From a virus (Duplodnaviria > Caudoviricetes), in IMG/VR virus record IMGVR_UViG_3300025655_000041, positions 1-57,850 of that record: DNA of 57,850 bases. One strand, 5' to 3'. Below the pieces are notes generated by a model that was given only the letters and a program-made list of their open reading frames with translations, made no database searches and had not been told where the DNA came from. This document shows positions 1 to 8,024 of this stretch, in pieces (position 1 is the stretch's first letter; every line of letters starts with the position of its first letter). The position numbers and the translations under genes are program-made.

Positions 1-126
1 TACCCTTCGCTCGAGCTACCGCTACGCGTTTGAAGCTTTGTTTGTTGCATTGTTTCGCGGTTGGCGTTAAGCTTCCTTCCACTGGCGTCCGTGTGTTTTC
101 CCTTCACACGGGCGTCTTTTTTTTTT
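1..126. repeat. Terminal overlap identical to 57723-57848 (circular contig)
   Basis: Direct comparison. It starts inside an ORF and the T-run is 10 nt here versus 12 nt at the end, so it is probably an assembly overlap rather than the biological DTR. Confidence 0.92.
84..126 (+). terminator. Intrinsic terminator after the A-depleted first gene (copy at 57806-57850)
   Basis: Stem GGCGTCCGTGTG / CACACGGGCGTC followed by a 10-12 nt T run. Confidence 0.85.
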
Positions 127-194
127 GAATTATCCTTGTGGGTAGCTCTGTGGTTCTCCTCCCTTACACGTTGAGCTATCCTCAAGGACAATTC
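127..194 (+). promoter_or_regulatory. Long imperfect stem-loop, copy 1 (RNase III-site-like early leader)
   Basis: GAATTatCCTTgtGGGTAGC...GCTATCCtcAAGGacAATTC, matched by a second copy at 630-681. Confidence 0.6.
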
Positions 195-232
195 TGTCCT
201 ACAACGCTCACAGAGCAGAAAGGGTTTGCTTC

Positions 233-628
233 ATGGCTAACTCAAACACATTGACTTTTACTAATCTCCCAACTGTATCGGAGTTTGTTCCAACCAATGT
301 CTTCATCGGAGATCAACCAACGAAGATTGTTTGGCGTAATCGGCTTGGAGCTGTAAAGATTGTGGATGCTGGCTACGAAGACAGAGACAAAACAATACTT
401 GTTATTGTTCTTGACTCAGGGGTTCGTTATAAGTGCAAGGCAGCTACCTTTGCTAGAAGCGAATTTCCACAGTCTTTTATTAGCGCTATTACTACGCTTA
501 AGGCTTCTGGACAAGAAGTAGAATTATGTGTAGCTATTAGTCCTAGAACTGGTAAAGCTAAAGAAGGATTCTTTTGTGGATTCCGTCTTCCGCTTCCTAA
601 ATCAGATACAGGTCTGATTAGCCTGTAA
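233..628 (+). CDS. Early hypothetical protein
   Basis: 131 aa ORF with AAAGGG RBS. Confidence 0.8.
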   Translation: MANSNTLTFTNLPTVSEFVPTNVFIGDQPTKIVWRNRLGAVKIVDAGYEDRDKTILVIVLDSGVRYKCKAATFARSEFPQSFISAITTLKASGQEVELCVAISPRTGKAKEGFFCGFRLPLPKSDTGLISL

Positions 629-629
629 T

Positions 630-681
630 CAATTCGCCTTCTGGGTAGCACTCTACGGGGTGCTATCCTAAAGGATAATTG
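630..681 (+). promoter_or_regulatory. Long imperfect stem-loop, copy 2
   Basis: CAATTcgCCTTctGGGTAGC...GCTATCCtaAAGGatAATTG. Confidence 0.6.
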
Positions 682-710
682 TATCCTAACTAGCCACAAA
701 GGAGTTTATT

Positions 711-827
711 ATGTGGACAGGACAAGCAACGACTGCTCTTAAAGAATGGGCAGAAAAAGAAGCCAACAAGATACGTGTTGAAGAAAACAAGAAGCGTATC
801 GAACAGTACTCGAAAGGAACAAAGTGA
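711..827 (+). CDS. Small early protein (38 aa, not in ORF track)
   Basis: Strong AAAGGAG RBS; MWTGQATTALKEW...; stop overlaps the next start. Confidence 0.75.
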   Translation: MWTGQATTALKEWAEKEANKIRVEENKKRIEQYSKGTK

Positions 828-1114
828 TGATTATTCGTAATCTTAACATTAAGGATGCATCTTCGGCTGCATTGGAGGCACTCATGCAAGACATTTCTGT
901 CGAACTACAGGAGAGGCAACTTAGAGAAAACTGCGAGGATGCTCTAAATAATCATCTCTCTGTAGGAGAACTCCCAGAAGACTCTAGAATGCCATACATT
1001 GCGTACCTTGAATCTCGTTCTGATCTTCCACTAGCAGGAATACTACTAAGTGAATGGGAAGACGAACAAGCACAAGATGAGAGAGCACTCTCAATGCGCA
1101 CTACGGGGGCATGA
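824..1114 (+). CDS. Hypothetical protein
   Basis: Coupled ORF with AAAGGA RBS. Confidence 0.75.
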   Translation: MMIIRNLNIKDASSAALEALMQDISVELQERQLRENCEDALNNHLSVGELPEDSRMPYIAYLESRSDLPLAGILLSEWEDEQAQDERALSMRTTGA

Positions 1115-1191
1115 TTGTGGCATCACTCATAGGGTTAGTAGCATTTATCTGTCTAATACTATCTCTAATCAAAGCCTGGAGGGACACTTAA
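1111..1191 (+). CDS. Small membrane peptide (26 aa)
   Basis: ATGA overlap; MIVASLIGLVAFICLILSLIKAWRDT is a single hydrophobic helix. Confidence 0.5.
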   Translation: MIVASLIGLVAFICLILSLIKAWRDT

Positions 1192-1418
1192 GGTGTACTA
1201 AGAGTATATTACAGCGTTTCCAGTAGAAGCACTTGTAAGAACACTCTTAGTAACACTAAGAATGTCACTTTAATTGATACTAAAACCGCGACCTCTCACT
1301 GTCATTACCAGGAAACTCTTGAAATAGTACCACTTCGGGAGTATTTCTGGGTTTACGTGAAGTAAATTGCTGGTGAGTGTGTCCTTATGTGTGTAAATGT
1401 GAACCGAAAGAGATTAAA

Positions 1419-1523
1419 ATGAGACCAAAATGTGACAATTGTAACTCACCGTCAGACGCAACTAACTTTGCAACCTACTGGCTATGTGCTAAATGCTGGT
1501 TAAGGAGATTTAAATGTACTTAG
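1419..1523 (+). CDS. Zn-ribbon microprotein (34 aa)
   Basis: MRPKCDNC...LCAKCW, two CxxC pairs. Confidence 0.5.
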   Translation: MRPKCDNCNSPSDATNFATYWLCAKCWLRRFKCT

Positions 1524-1720
1524 ATAAAGAGTTCCAAGTAAAGCTTGCAAATGCAATGCTACATACTTCACTGCTTGCCTATTCAACTGCAGAAGACATT
1601 GAAAAAGATTACCCTGAAAGGGCTGAACAGCTAAAAGATATTAACGAACTTTGCGGTCAACTATTTAATATCTTTAATCCAAAAGAAGGAATTAAACTTG
1701 AAGTAGAGTTAGGAGAATAA
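1514..1720 (+). CDS. Hypothetical protein
   Basis: AAGGAG RBS. Confidence 0.75.
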   Translation: MYLDKEFQVKLANAMLHTSLLAYSTAEDIEKDYPERAEQLKDINELCGQLFNIFNPKEGIKLEVELGE

Positions 1721-1722
1721 CG

Positions 1723-1992
1723 ATGACTAAACAAGAGATGCAAACTACAATCGATGAACTAAACGATAAACTCTCTAATCAATCTAAAATGATTGCGGAG
1801 TTAGCAACACATGCCCAAGAAATTGAAACGTACCAAGAAATACAAGAATTAGCGGATAAGAAAATTGAAAGTCTAGAAAAGGAGCTAACTCATTACAAAG
1901 AACAGAATGATAGCCTATTCAAAATCATCAGTAGATTAGAAGACAAAATAGAAACCTACAAAGAAGTAGTGGTGGTGCTGAAAAATGCATAA
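1723..1992 (+). CDS. Coiled-coil hypothetical protein
   Basis: AGGAG RBS, heptad-rich sequence. Confidence 0.75.
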   Translation: MTKQEMQTTIDELNDKLSNQSKMIAELATHAQEIETYQEIQELADKKIESLEKELTHYKEQNDSLFKIISRLEDKIETYKEVVVVLKNA

Positions 1993-2356
1993 AGTTATAG
2001 TGAGAAATATAAAATTAAAATGGGATAACACTAGAAAAGAAGGGATATACGGTGGTTACTCAATCCAAATCGAATTTGATGGAAATCGATATGAAGAACT
2101 TTTTAGACTTGGAAGGGCAAAGCTCAGTAATGGCAAATGGATAATGAACTTACGTAGCCAAAAACCAATAAAAGTAATAGACTGCGAACAGAAGGAATTA
2201 CCAAATGAAACAAGAATAGGTAATCATTCAATTGGTAATATAATGTTAGCAGTACCTAAAGAACCAATATACTTTAAAGATAAAGAAATAAGAAAAGGTA
2301 TTCCAATAATAATTCAAGTTGTTGAATATGCAGATTACTTTACAGGAGATTTCTAG
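1985..2356 (+). CDS. Divergent gp2.5-like ssDNA-binding protein paralog 1
   Basis: Aligns by eye with 2997-3446: VIVRNI, IQIEF, L.NG...MN, VID, IGNHS, IQVV, C-terminal DF. Confidence 0.6.
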   Translation: MHKVIVRNIKLKWDNTRKEGIYGGYSIQIEFDGNRYEELFRLGRAKLSNGKWIMNLRSQKPIKVIDCEQKELPNETRIGNHSIGNIMLAVPKEPIYFKDKEIRKGIPIIIQVVEYADYFTGDF

Positions 2357-2698
2357 ATGAAACTAACCATTGATCCAATCTTAAACGAAAACCTAAGACG
2401 TGTACTAGGTTTAAAGAGAGACGCTGGCTACTTTGAAATACAAGATAGAAAATTCGAAAGCTACATCAGTGAAGGCTTCACTAAAAATATGTATGCTAAA
2501 GGTTCGTTTAAAGACAAACGAAAGTACATCTTCAAACACAATGTAACCGATGAAATCTTTGTTGGTACAATGAAAACAATCGCTACGATAAGCTTAGAAA
2601 ATGGTTGGCATCAAGGCTCGTGGTGTGGTACACAATTAGTTAAACGAATTGGCTCACAGAGATCCTTACTAACATTCCTCGGTGAAATTAAGGAGTAA
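2357..2698 (+). CDS. Hypothetical protein
   Basis: AGGAG RBS, packed ORF. Confidence 0.75.
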   Translation: MKLTIDPILNENLRRVLGLKRDAGYFEIQDRKFESYISEGFTKNMYAKGSFKDKRKYIFKHNVTDEIFVGTMKTIATISLENGWHQGSWCGTQLVKRIGSQRSLLTFLGEIKE

Positions 2699-2701
2699 CC
2701 A

Positions 2702-2920
2702 ATGTCTTATAATGAAATGCAAAGATATATCAACGAACTATTCGAAGAAAACAAAGCGCTTAAACGAGAACTTGATGAACTAAAACACAACCCTCAAAAG
2801 CTATTATATCAGCAAGCCTTTGATGCCGTAAACTACGACACCCGTTTCGCCAAAGCTATGATGAAAGAACTAACTGAAGTATTTAAATCCGCACTCGATA
2901 ACCAAATACAATATGAGTAG
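2702..2920 (+). CDS. Hypothetical protein
   Basis: AAGGAG RBS. Confidence 0.75.
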   Translation: MSYNEMQRYINELFEENKALKRELDELKHNPQKLLYQQAFDAVNYDTRFAKAMMKELTEVFKSALDNQIQYE

Positions 2921-2965
2921 CACCTAAGATAGTTCCACTTTGGGACTATCTTGCGAGACACTCAT
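2913..2965 (+). promoter_or_regulatory. Stem-loop upstream of SSB paralog 2
   Basis: AAGATAGTTCCA / TGGGACTATCTT inside an outer ATGAGT / ACTCAT pair. Confidence 0.45.
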
Positions 2966-2996
2966 GTCTCTAACCAAGCATGTAAAGGAGTTTATC

Positions 2997-3446
2997 ATGC
3001 AAACAATCATCCGTAACGTATCAGTTAACTACGCTAAAGTATACAAAGCTGAAGAGAATCCTTTCGGTGCAAAGCAATTCGATATCCAACTCGAGTTTGC
3101 TAAAGACCGTATCGATGAACTCAAAGGCTACGGTAAGATCCGTAAACTACCTAATGGTAACTTCGCAATGAATATCGCTCGTTCTGCCACTAATAAAGAA
3201 GGTAAAGAGAACTTTATTCGTGTAGTTGATATGGCTAAAGAACCATTTACCGCGCCAATCGGTAACGGTTCTACAGCTAATCTAATCGTGTACACCTATG
3301 CATCACCACGTGCATACAACGGCACTAAAACTGTACTAATGGCTGTACAAATCGTCAACCACATTCCATACGAACCTACTACTTCGGTTGACTTTGATCT
3401 TGTGGAAAGCAATAAGCCTACACCAGATAACAACGTAGACTTCTAA
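2997..3446 (+). CDS. gp2.5-like ssDNA-binding protein paralog 2
   Basis: Start moved to the ATG after AAAGGAG; YAKV, VVD, IGNGS, AVQIV motifs; acidic tail ending DF. Confidence 0.72.
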   Translation: MQTIIRNVSVNYAKVYKAEENPFGAKQFDIQLEFAKDRIDELKGYGKIRKLPNGNFAMNIARSATNKEGKENFIRVVDMAKEPFTAPIGNGSTANLIVYTYASPRAYNGTKTVLMAVQIVNHIPYEPTTSVDFDLVESNKPTPDNNVDF

Positions 3447-3453
3447 TACAACT

Positions 3454-3485
3454 AGAGGGGTAGTCAATACTGGCTACCTCTCTTT
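3454..3485 (+). terminator. Hairpin/terminator closing the early region
   Basis: AGAGGGGTAGTCA / TGGCTACCTCTCT plus a short T tract. Confidence 0.5.
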
Positions 3486-3507
3486 ACACTAAGAAAGGAA
3501 CACTGTT

Positions 3508-3873
3508 ATGATCGTATCATGGAAAAACATAAACACTACTGAAGTAAAAGTAAACGTACAACGTAGAGAGGTATACGAAGAAACTTTTTCTATAACATTC
3601 CTATTCGATGCTCTATCAGACGCTAGCTGGACAATTGAAGAACACGACAATGACAGCGTTACTCTCTCTACTAAAGACGCTGCAGCTATCCGTCATGCAC
3701 TCGAGGTCATGGAGTACACTGAGAGTGACACTATTACTGTATCGCTCAATGGTGACCGTGTTGAAGCTGAGGTCTCTATTATCAATGAACAAAGCAGAAT
3801 GTTGTTCTACCTAGACCTTGAAGTGTACGATATGGAGCTTATAGAAGACGAAACTACTATGGAACTCATATAA
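3508..3873 (+). CDS. Acidic hypothetical protein
   Basis: AAAGGA RBS. Confidence 0.75.
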   Translation: MIVSWKNINTTEVKVNVQRREVYEETFSITFLFDALSDASWTIEEHDNDSVTLSTKDAAAIRHALEVMEYTESDTITVSLNGDRVEAEVSIINEQSRMLFYLDLEVYDMELIEDETTMELI

Positions 3874-3891
3874 AACACCCTTATAGGGGGG
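3871..3891 (+). promoter_or_regulatory. Putative phage RNAP promoter (middle)
   Basis: TAAAACACCCTTATAGGGGGG; the motif recurs at 7993, 35269 and 57305. Confidence 0.6.
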
Positions 3892-3936
3892 TGGATTACT
3901 ATACTATAGGTATACTTAAAGGAAAGGAAGCCTAGC

Positions 3937-4248
3937 ATGACTAAAAGAACACCTGCAATGTATCACTTCTATAAGAACAAGATAGAAGAAGCAATAAGAA
4001 CTAACTCTTGGGGTCACTACGATGAGATAGTCGAGGATCTACCCGAAGACATCCGTAAGGCCTTAGTACTCTCAGGGGTACTAGAAGAATCCGTAGAGGA
4101 TAGCAGAGAAGAACGAACAGAGTTCATTATTGAGGACACACAATACGTCTTCATTTCTGCTTATAGTGAAGAGGAAGCCTTAGCGTTACATAGTGAGGGC
4201 TTCTTCAACAAGATCTTAACAGCTGAACCAAGGATACTACCACGATGA
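3937..4248 (+). CDS. Hypothetical protein
   Basis: AAGGA RBS. Confidence 0.75.
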   Translation: MTKRTPAMYHFYKNKIEEAIRTNSWGHYDEIVEDLPEDIRKALVLSGVLEESVEDSREERTEFIIEDTQYVFISAYSEEEALALHSEGFFNKILTAEPRILPR

Positions 4249-4356
4249 ATGAAGCACTATCAAGACTACAAATGTAGCTCATAGACATGACTGCAATATA
4301 AGAATTAACTGGGAATTATTTTACTATTACCTTGAAGGCTATAGAAAGGACTAACA

Positions 4357-4632
4357 ATGCATAACTACGAAGAACTTGTAAAGCGATGGAAGAAAAGTGA
4401 TAAGTTCCCGTTTAACTCTGTCGAAGATTACTTTAAAGAAATTGTTCCTGACCAACGAGAACGAGACCTAATAAGACTTGATTGGGCTTGGAATCATGTT
4501 TCAGATGCTTTTAGTCTTATAGATGGTCTTGAAGGCGATGAACTCTTTAAGCATCTTGAAGAGTACCACACAAAACTAGATTCAATGTCTAGTAATTTAC
4601 TAAACTTAACGGAAGGATTAAAAGATGCTTAA
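4357..4632 (+). CDS. Hypothetical protein
   Basis: AAAGGA RBS. Confidence 0.75.
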   Translation: MHNYEELVKRWKKSDKFPFNSVEDYFKEIVPDQRERDLIRLDWAWNHVSDAFSLIDGLEGDELFKHLEEYHTKLDSMSSNLLNLTEGLKDA

Positions 4633-4843
4633 ACGCATTCACATTAACCAACACATCATCAGAGCTAACGCTAAAACTGGTGAAAGAAATCCTGTTATCA
4701 CTGTAAAAGGCGGTGGTAAAAATAACTATGCACACACTGTTATCATCAATGATCATACCAAAGTAGTGTATAGCCCAGACAAGCCACTATCCTGTGGCGC
4801 AAAAGTATGGATCGAAACAACTGAAGAAGTGGAATTAGTATAA
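4625..4843 (+). CDS. Conserved phage hypothetical protein
   Basis: IHINQH...PVITVK...YSPDKPLSCGAKVWIET, a signature I recall from aquatic phages. Confidence 0.8.
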   Translation: MLKRIHINQHIIRANAKTGERNPVITVKGGGKNNYAHTVIINDHTKVVYSPDKPLSCGAKVWIETTEEVELV

Positions 4844-5082
4844 TGACTAAAAGAACCGTTATTAAAGAAGATCTTATTAAGGAACTCATGGTAGCACGTA
4901 GCAGTGCAGACGTAAAGTGTTATATGACACCTAGTGCTGCTTGGATTTACAATACTAGTCGTAGACTAGTTAAACTCGTTGTGTTAGACAGTGAAGGCAT
5001 GACTAACAAGGTTATCTACTACGATAGAGCCTGTAAGAACTTTTATAAACATGCTGAACGTATCTTAAGGCTTGCAGCATGA
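4843..5082 (+). CDS. Hypothetical protein
   Basis: TAATG coupling. Confidence 0.7.
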   Translation: MTKRTVIKEDLIKELMVARSSADVKCYMTPSAAWIYNTSRRLVKLVVLDSEGMTNKVIYYDRACKNFYKHAERILRLAA

Positions 5083-5240
5083 TAGAAGTAACTGATTATC
5101 AAGAAATGAAAGATGGTTCTGCAGTAGTAGAGCTATCTCTCAGTGAAGAAGCAATACAGTTACTGGTCAGGGAAGGACTTATAGCTGTACTGGAGAGGAC
5201 ACTCGATGAGACACGAAGCCTACATGAAAGAAAGGATTAG
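5079..5240 (+). CDS. Small hypothetical protein (53 aa)
   Basis: ATGA overlap; MIEVTDYQEMKDGSAVVEL... Confidence 0.6.
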   Translation: MIEVTDYQEMKDGSAVVELSLSEEAIQLLVREGLIAVLERTLDETRSLHERKD

Positions 5241-5481
5241 CATGGAAGAGCATAATGCAATTAGCCCAAAGCACTACAAGGAAATAGTTCCAGGGTATGA
5301 GTATATGGACATGATGTGTCATATGCTCAAGGACTATAACGGTGTTGAGGCACACCTAATGGGTCAGATCTACAAATACCTAATGCGGTATGGTAAGAAA
5401 GACTCTAAGATACAAGAACTAGGTAAAGCTAAGTGGTACTTAGACTACTTAATGGAAAGGCTAGAGAATGAGAAAGTATAG
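5206..5481 (+). CDS. DUF3310 / T7 gp1.7-like putative nucleotide kinase
   Basis: ISPKHY...KYLMRYGKKD...ELGKAKWYL signature; alternative start at 5242. Confidence 0.75.
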   Translation: MRHEAYMKERISMEEHNAISPKHYKEIVPGYEYMDMMCHMLKDYNGVEAHLMGQIYKYLMRYGKKDSKIQELGKAKWYLDYLMERLENEKV

Positions 5482-5632
5482 GTTAGTAATGGAAGGCTGG
5501 GTGACAGACACTGTGTTCGTCACTGCAGCTGACAAACCAGAAGCAGAACAATTAGCAACACAAGAGTTTATTAACCGTAAAGGATGCGAGAATGCTCGAG
5601 CATCTATTATTGAGGAGATTGAGAATGATTAA
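5468..5632 (+). CDS. Small hypothetical protein (54 aa)
   Basis: AAAGG RBS; fills the gap between neighbours. Confidence 0.6.
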   Translation: MRKYRLVMEGWVTDTVFVTAADKPEAEQLATQEFINRKGCENARASIIEEIEND

Positions 5633-6116
5633 TGAGAAACGTACAGTAATTATCCCTGAAGTAGAACTGCATTGGGCTAAGCTAGTTAAACCAGTAGAAC
5701 CCTTTGGTACACTACAGTGGGAACTTCAAATGCGTACCCGTGATAAGGCAAAGGCTAAGGCTTGGAAGGATGAGTACTATCTTCCTGTCAAGACAGAGTC
5801 AGATGATGACGGTACTTACTATAAGGCAAACGTTAAGCGTAAAGCACTCAACAAGGAAGGTGAACGTAACAAGGCACCAGAAGTAGTTGATGCTAACAAA
5901 CAAGTCATTGACGGTAACAACATTGGTAATGGCAGCATGGGTAACGTAATGCTATTCCAGTATCCGTATGATGTCGGTGGTCGTAAAGGCGTATCCTCTA
6001 TTATCTCTAAGGTACAAGTAACTGACCTTAAACTATACGAGAATAGCGGTGCTACTGACTTTGACGTTATTGGTAGTGATGATAATGCACCCGAAGAAAC
6101 CGTAACAGACTTCTAA
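5625..6116 (+). CDS. gp2.5-like ssDNA-binding protein paralog 3 (likely the replicative SSB)
   Basis: GAGGAG RBS; WAKL, PEVVD, IGNGS, VQV motifs; long acidic tail ending DF. Confidence 0.78.
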   Translation: MINEKRTVIIPEVELHWAKLVKPVEPFGTLQWELQMRTRDKAKAKAWKDEYYLPVKTESDDDGTYYKANVKRKALNKEGERNKAPEVVDANKQVIDGNNIGNGSMGNVMLFQYPYDVGGRKGVSSIISKVQVTDLKLYENSGATDFDVIGSDDNAPEETVTDF

Positions 6117-6457
6117 TGGCTGACATAATAGACTTTAAACCTAAGCGGAAAGAGCTTGAAATAGTCGTTGAGAAAGACGATGATCCTCAACTCTTTCTTG
6201 AGGTTGCTATTGTGCAGCTATGGAAGGACATTGGTGGCTTTAAACTAAAAGAGATGATGAAGGACGATACAGTCTATCATGTATTCTTTCTACAGTTCTC
6301 AGACACTTGCTTTCAAGCTATGGAAGACAAGACTATTGAGGTCTTTGAAGACGGTAATACTGAAATTGAAGCTGAGTTCATGGAGACTATACAAGCCACT
6401 ATGCGTCTACTAATAGAAGCGGAAGGAAGTAATGACAACATGCCCACTGAACACTGA
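6116..6457 (+). CDS. Hypothetical protein
   Basis: TAATG coupling; MADIIDF start. Confidence 0.75.
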   Translation: MADIIDFKPKRKELEIVVEKDDDPQLFLEVAIVQLWKDIGGFKLKEMMKDDTVYHVFFLQFSDTCFQAMEDKTIEVFEDGNTEIEAEFMETIQATMRLLIEAEGSNDNMPTEH

Positions 6458-6644
6458 TACTACTCAACTGGTCTGGGGTGAATGCTCACTTGGTCATGTA
6501 AATAACATACAGTGTAAAAACTTTCATGACCATGTTAAGTTCTTTGCTGGTAAAGATGAGTATGAACTGTTACACAGCTACCTATTCAATACAAAGGAGG
6601 TTAAGTACATTGTTGAGATTAAGCCTTCAACCAACGATAACTGA
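6432..6644 (+). CDS. Hypothetical protein
   Basis: AAGGA RBS. Confidence 0.6.
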   Translation: MTTCPLNTDTTQLVWGECSLGHVNNIQCKNFHDHVKFFAGKDEYELLHSYLFNTKEVKYIVEIKPSTNDN

Positions 6645-6915
6645 GTTACAGACTGCAATTGATTATTGGTCTGTAGTCGCCGTCAGACAAGACGGCATAC
6701 CACCTAATGAACACATCCACTATAATAAACTAGTGGGTGTAATAAAAGACTTGAAAGACTACATCATTGAACAAGAAAGGTATAGTGATGAAGAACTTTG
6801 TATATCTAGCGGGTCCAATGGAGGACTGCACGGAACGGAGAATGACAGCATGGAGACTTCTAGCAGCGGAGAAGCTGAAGAAGAACGATATCAATTCTCT
6901 CGATCCAACGCGTAG
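6526..6915 (+). CDS. Hypothetical protein (start probably a TTG just after the AAGGAGG near 6594-6600)
   Basis: Strong internal RBS; overlaps both neighbours. Confidence 0.45.
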   Translation: MTMLSSLLVKMSMNCYTATYSIQRRLSTLLRLSLQPTITELQTAIDYWSVVAVRQDGIPPNEHIHYNKLVGVIKDLKDYIIEQERYSDEELCISSGSNGGLHGTENDSMETSSSGEAEEERYQFSRSNA

Positions 6916-7222
6916 AGTTTCTTTCCATGATGAGTTATATCTTGGTGAGAAGCACAAGCCTGTTCAGTCTACCTGTAGACGTATATTCAAAATGGATATG
7001 CAGGATATCGCTAATAGCAATGTCGTATTAGCAGATATTAGACGTGATAGTGGAAGAGGCACTGGAACAGCAATGGAACTTATGTTTGCCCATATGAAGA
7101 ACAAGATCATTATCCTATGGGCAGATGAAGATGACCTCATTCATCCCTTCTACGAGAGCATCTACACAGAAAAATACTTTGAGCTAGATGATTGTCTTGA
7201 GGCAATCACTTATTATTATTGA
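6788..7222 (+). CDS. Nucleoside 2-deoxyribosyltransferase / nucleotide N-glycosidase family protein
   Basis: VYLAGPM...WR...LDP...D..DIANSNVVL...GTAMEL motif set. Confidence 0.8.
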   Translation: MKNFVYLAGPMEDCTERRMTAWRLLAAEKLKKNDINSLDPTRRVSFHDELYLGEKHKPVQSTCRRIFKMDMQDIANSNVVLADIRRDSGRGTGTAMELMFAHMKNKIIILWADEDDLIHPFYESIYTEKYFELDDCLEAITYYY

Positions 7223-7232
7223 GGAGAATAAA

Positions 7233-7451
7233 ATGAAAGTACGTTTTGATACATACACTAAGAGCCTTGACGCTGCAACTGAGACATACCATGATATCAT
7301 GTCTAAAGTAAAGTGTGATGACCTAAACCTACAGTATAATGAATACACCGAGTGCTATAACCTAATGGGGTCTATTAGCGATGCCTCAATTGAATACGTT
7401 GCTGGGCTTCTCAATGACGGTAACTGGAACGAAGACGCAAGAGAACTCTAG
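7233..7451 (+). CDS. Hypothetical protein
   Basis: GAGGAG RBS. Confidence 0.75.
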   Translation: MKVRFDTYTKSLDAATETYHDIMSKVKCDDLNLQYNEYTECYNLMGSISDASIEYVAGLLNDGNWNEDAREL

Positions 7452-7463
7452 AAAGGGGTCAAC

Positions 7464-7721
7464 ATGCCTTACATATCAGAACAAAATCGTAGAGAACTAA
7501 TGTGGGTTGATCGAGCATTAGAAGATCTTAATGAAAGTAGAAAGATGAGTGCTGGCGAGCTACAGTATGTCATTGCGCTAGCTATCAAACATATCGGACC
7601 TGAGAACTACCAAGATATGAATGACATTATGGGTGCCTTGGCTGGTGCTCAAATGGAATTCTATCGGCGTACGGTAGCACCATATGAGGACACTAAGATA
7701 GTGCTGAATGGCGATGTCTGA
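7464..7721 (+). CDS. Conserved phage protein (MPYI...EFYRR..APYED.K...NGDV family)
   Basis: Recognisable conserved signature. Confidence 0.8.
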   Translation: MPYISEQNRRELMWVDRALEDLNESRKMSAGELQYVIALAIKHIGPENYQDMNDIMGALAGAQMEFYRRTVAPYEDTKIVLNGDV

Positions 7722-7833
7722 TTGGCTAGCTTCACCGTTTACGCTAATGATGTATGTCAGCGCATGGTGTTCTGGCATGATCAGTGGTCGTATTATTATA
7801 ATAGCTATGGAAACAGATGATGATGGGGATTAG
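7714..7833 (+). CDS. Small membrane protein (39 aa)
   Basis: Hydrophobic ORF with overlapping start. Confidence 0.45.
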   Translation: MSDWLASPFTLMMYVSAWCSGMISGRIIIIAMETDDDGD

Positions 7834-7987
7834 ATATGCAGTATACAAACTCATATGGCAAGACGATTATCAGTCTGAAGCCGAAGCTTTTCGGGTAATC
7901 CAAGAGCATTACGCCAACGAGTCACGCTATCAGTACATGATACTGCCAGTAGACTATGACGAATTACAAGGAGATCTCTTTGATTAG
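7817..7987 (+). CDS. Small hypothetical protein (56 aa)
   Basis: Fills the gap on the coding strand. Confidence 0.5.
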   Translation: MMMGIRYAVYKLIWQDDYQSEAEAFRVIQEHYANESRYQYMILPVDYDELQGDLFD

Positions 7988-7992
7988 CTGGA

Positions 7993-8012
7993 TAAACGCC
8001 CTTATAGGGAGA
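7993..8012 (+). promoter_or_regulatory. Putative phage RNAP promoter for the replication genes
   Basis: TAAACGCCCTTATAGGGAGA; its 3' end matches the T7 TATAGGGAGA initiation region. Confidence 0.65.
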
Positions 8013-8024
8013 GGCAGTCGCCCA

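Noticed and set aside
1-126. Terminal repeat as the biological direct terminal repeat
   Set aside because: It starts mid-ORF, its length is close to a common assembler k-mer (127) and the T-run length differs. The real terminus is more plausibly near 57330-57375.
4245-4356. Short gap with broken reading frames
   Set aside because: Only very short ORFs; a pseudogene cannot be told from a sequencing error.
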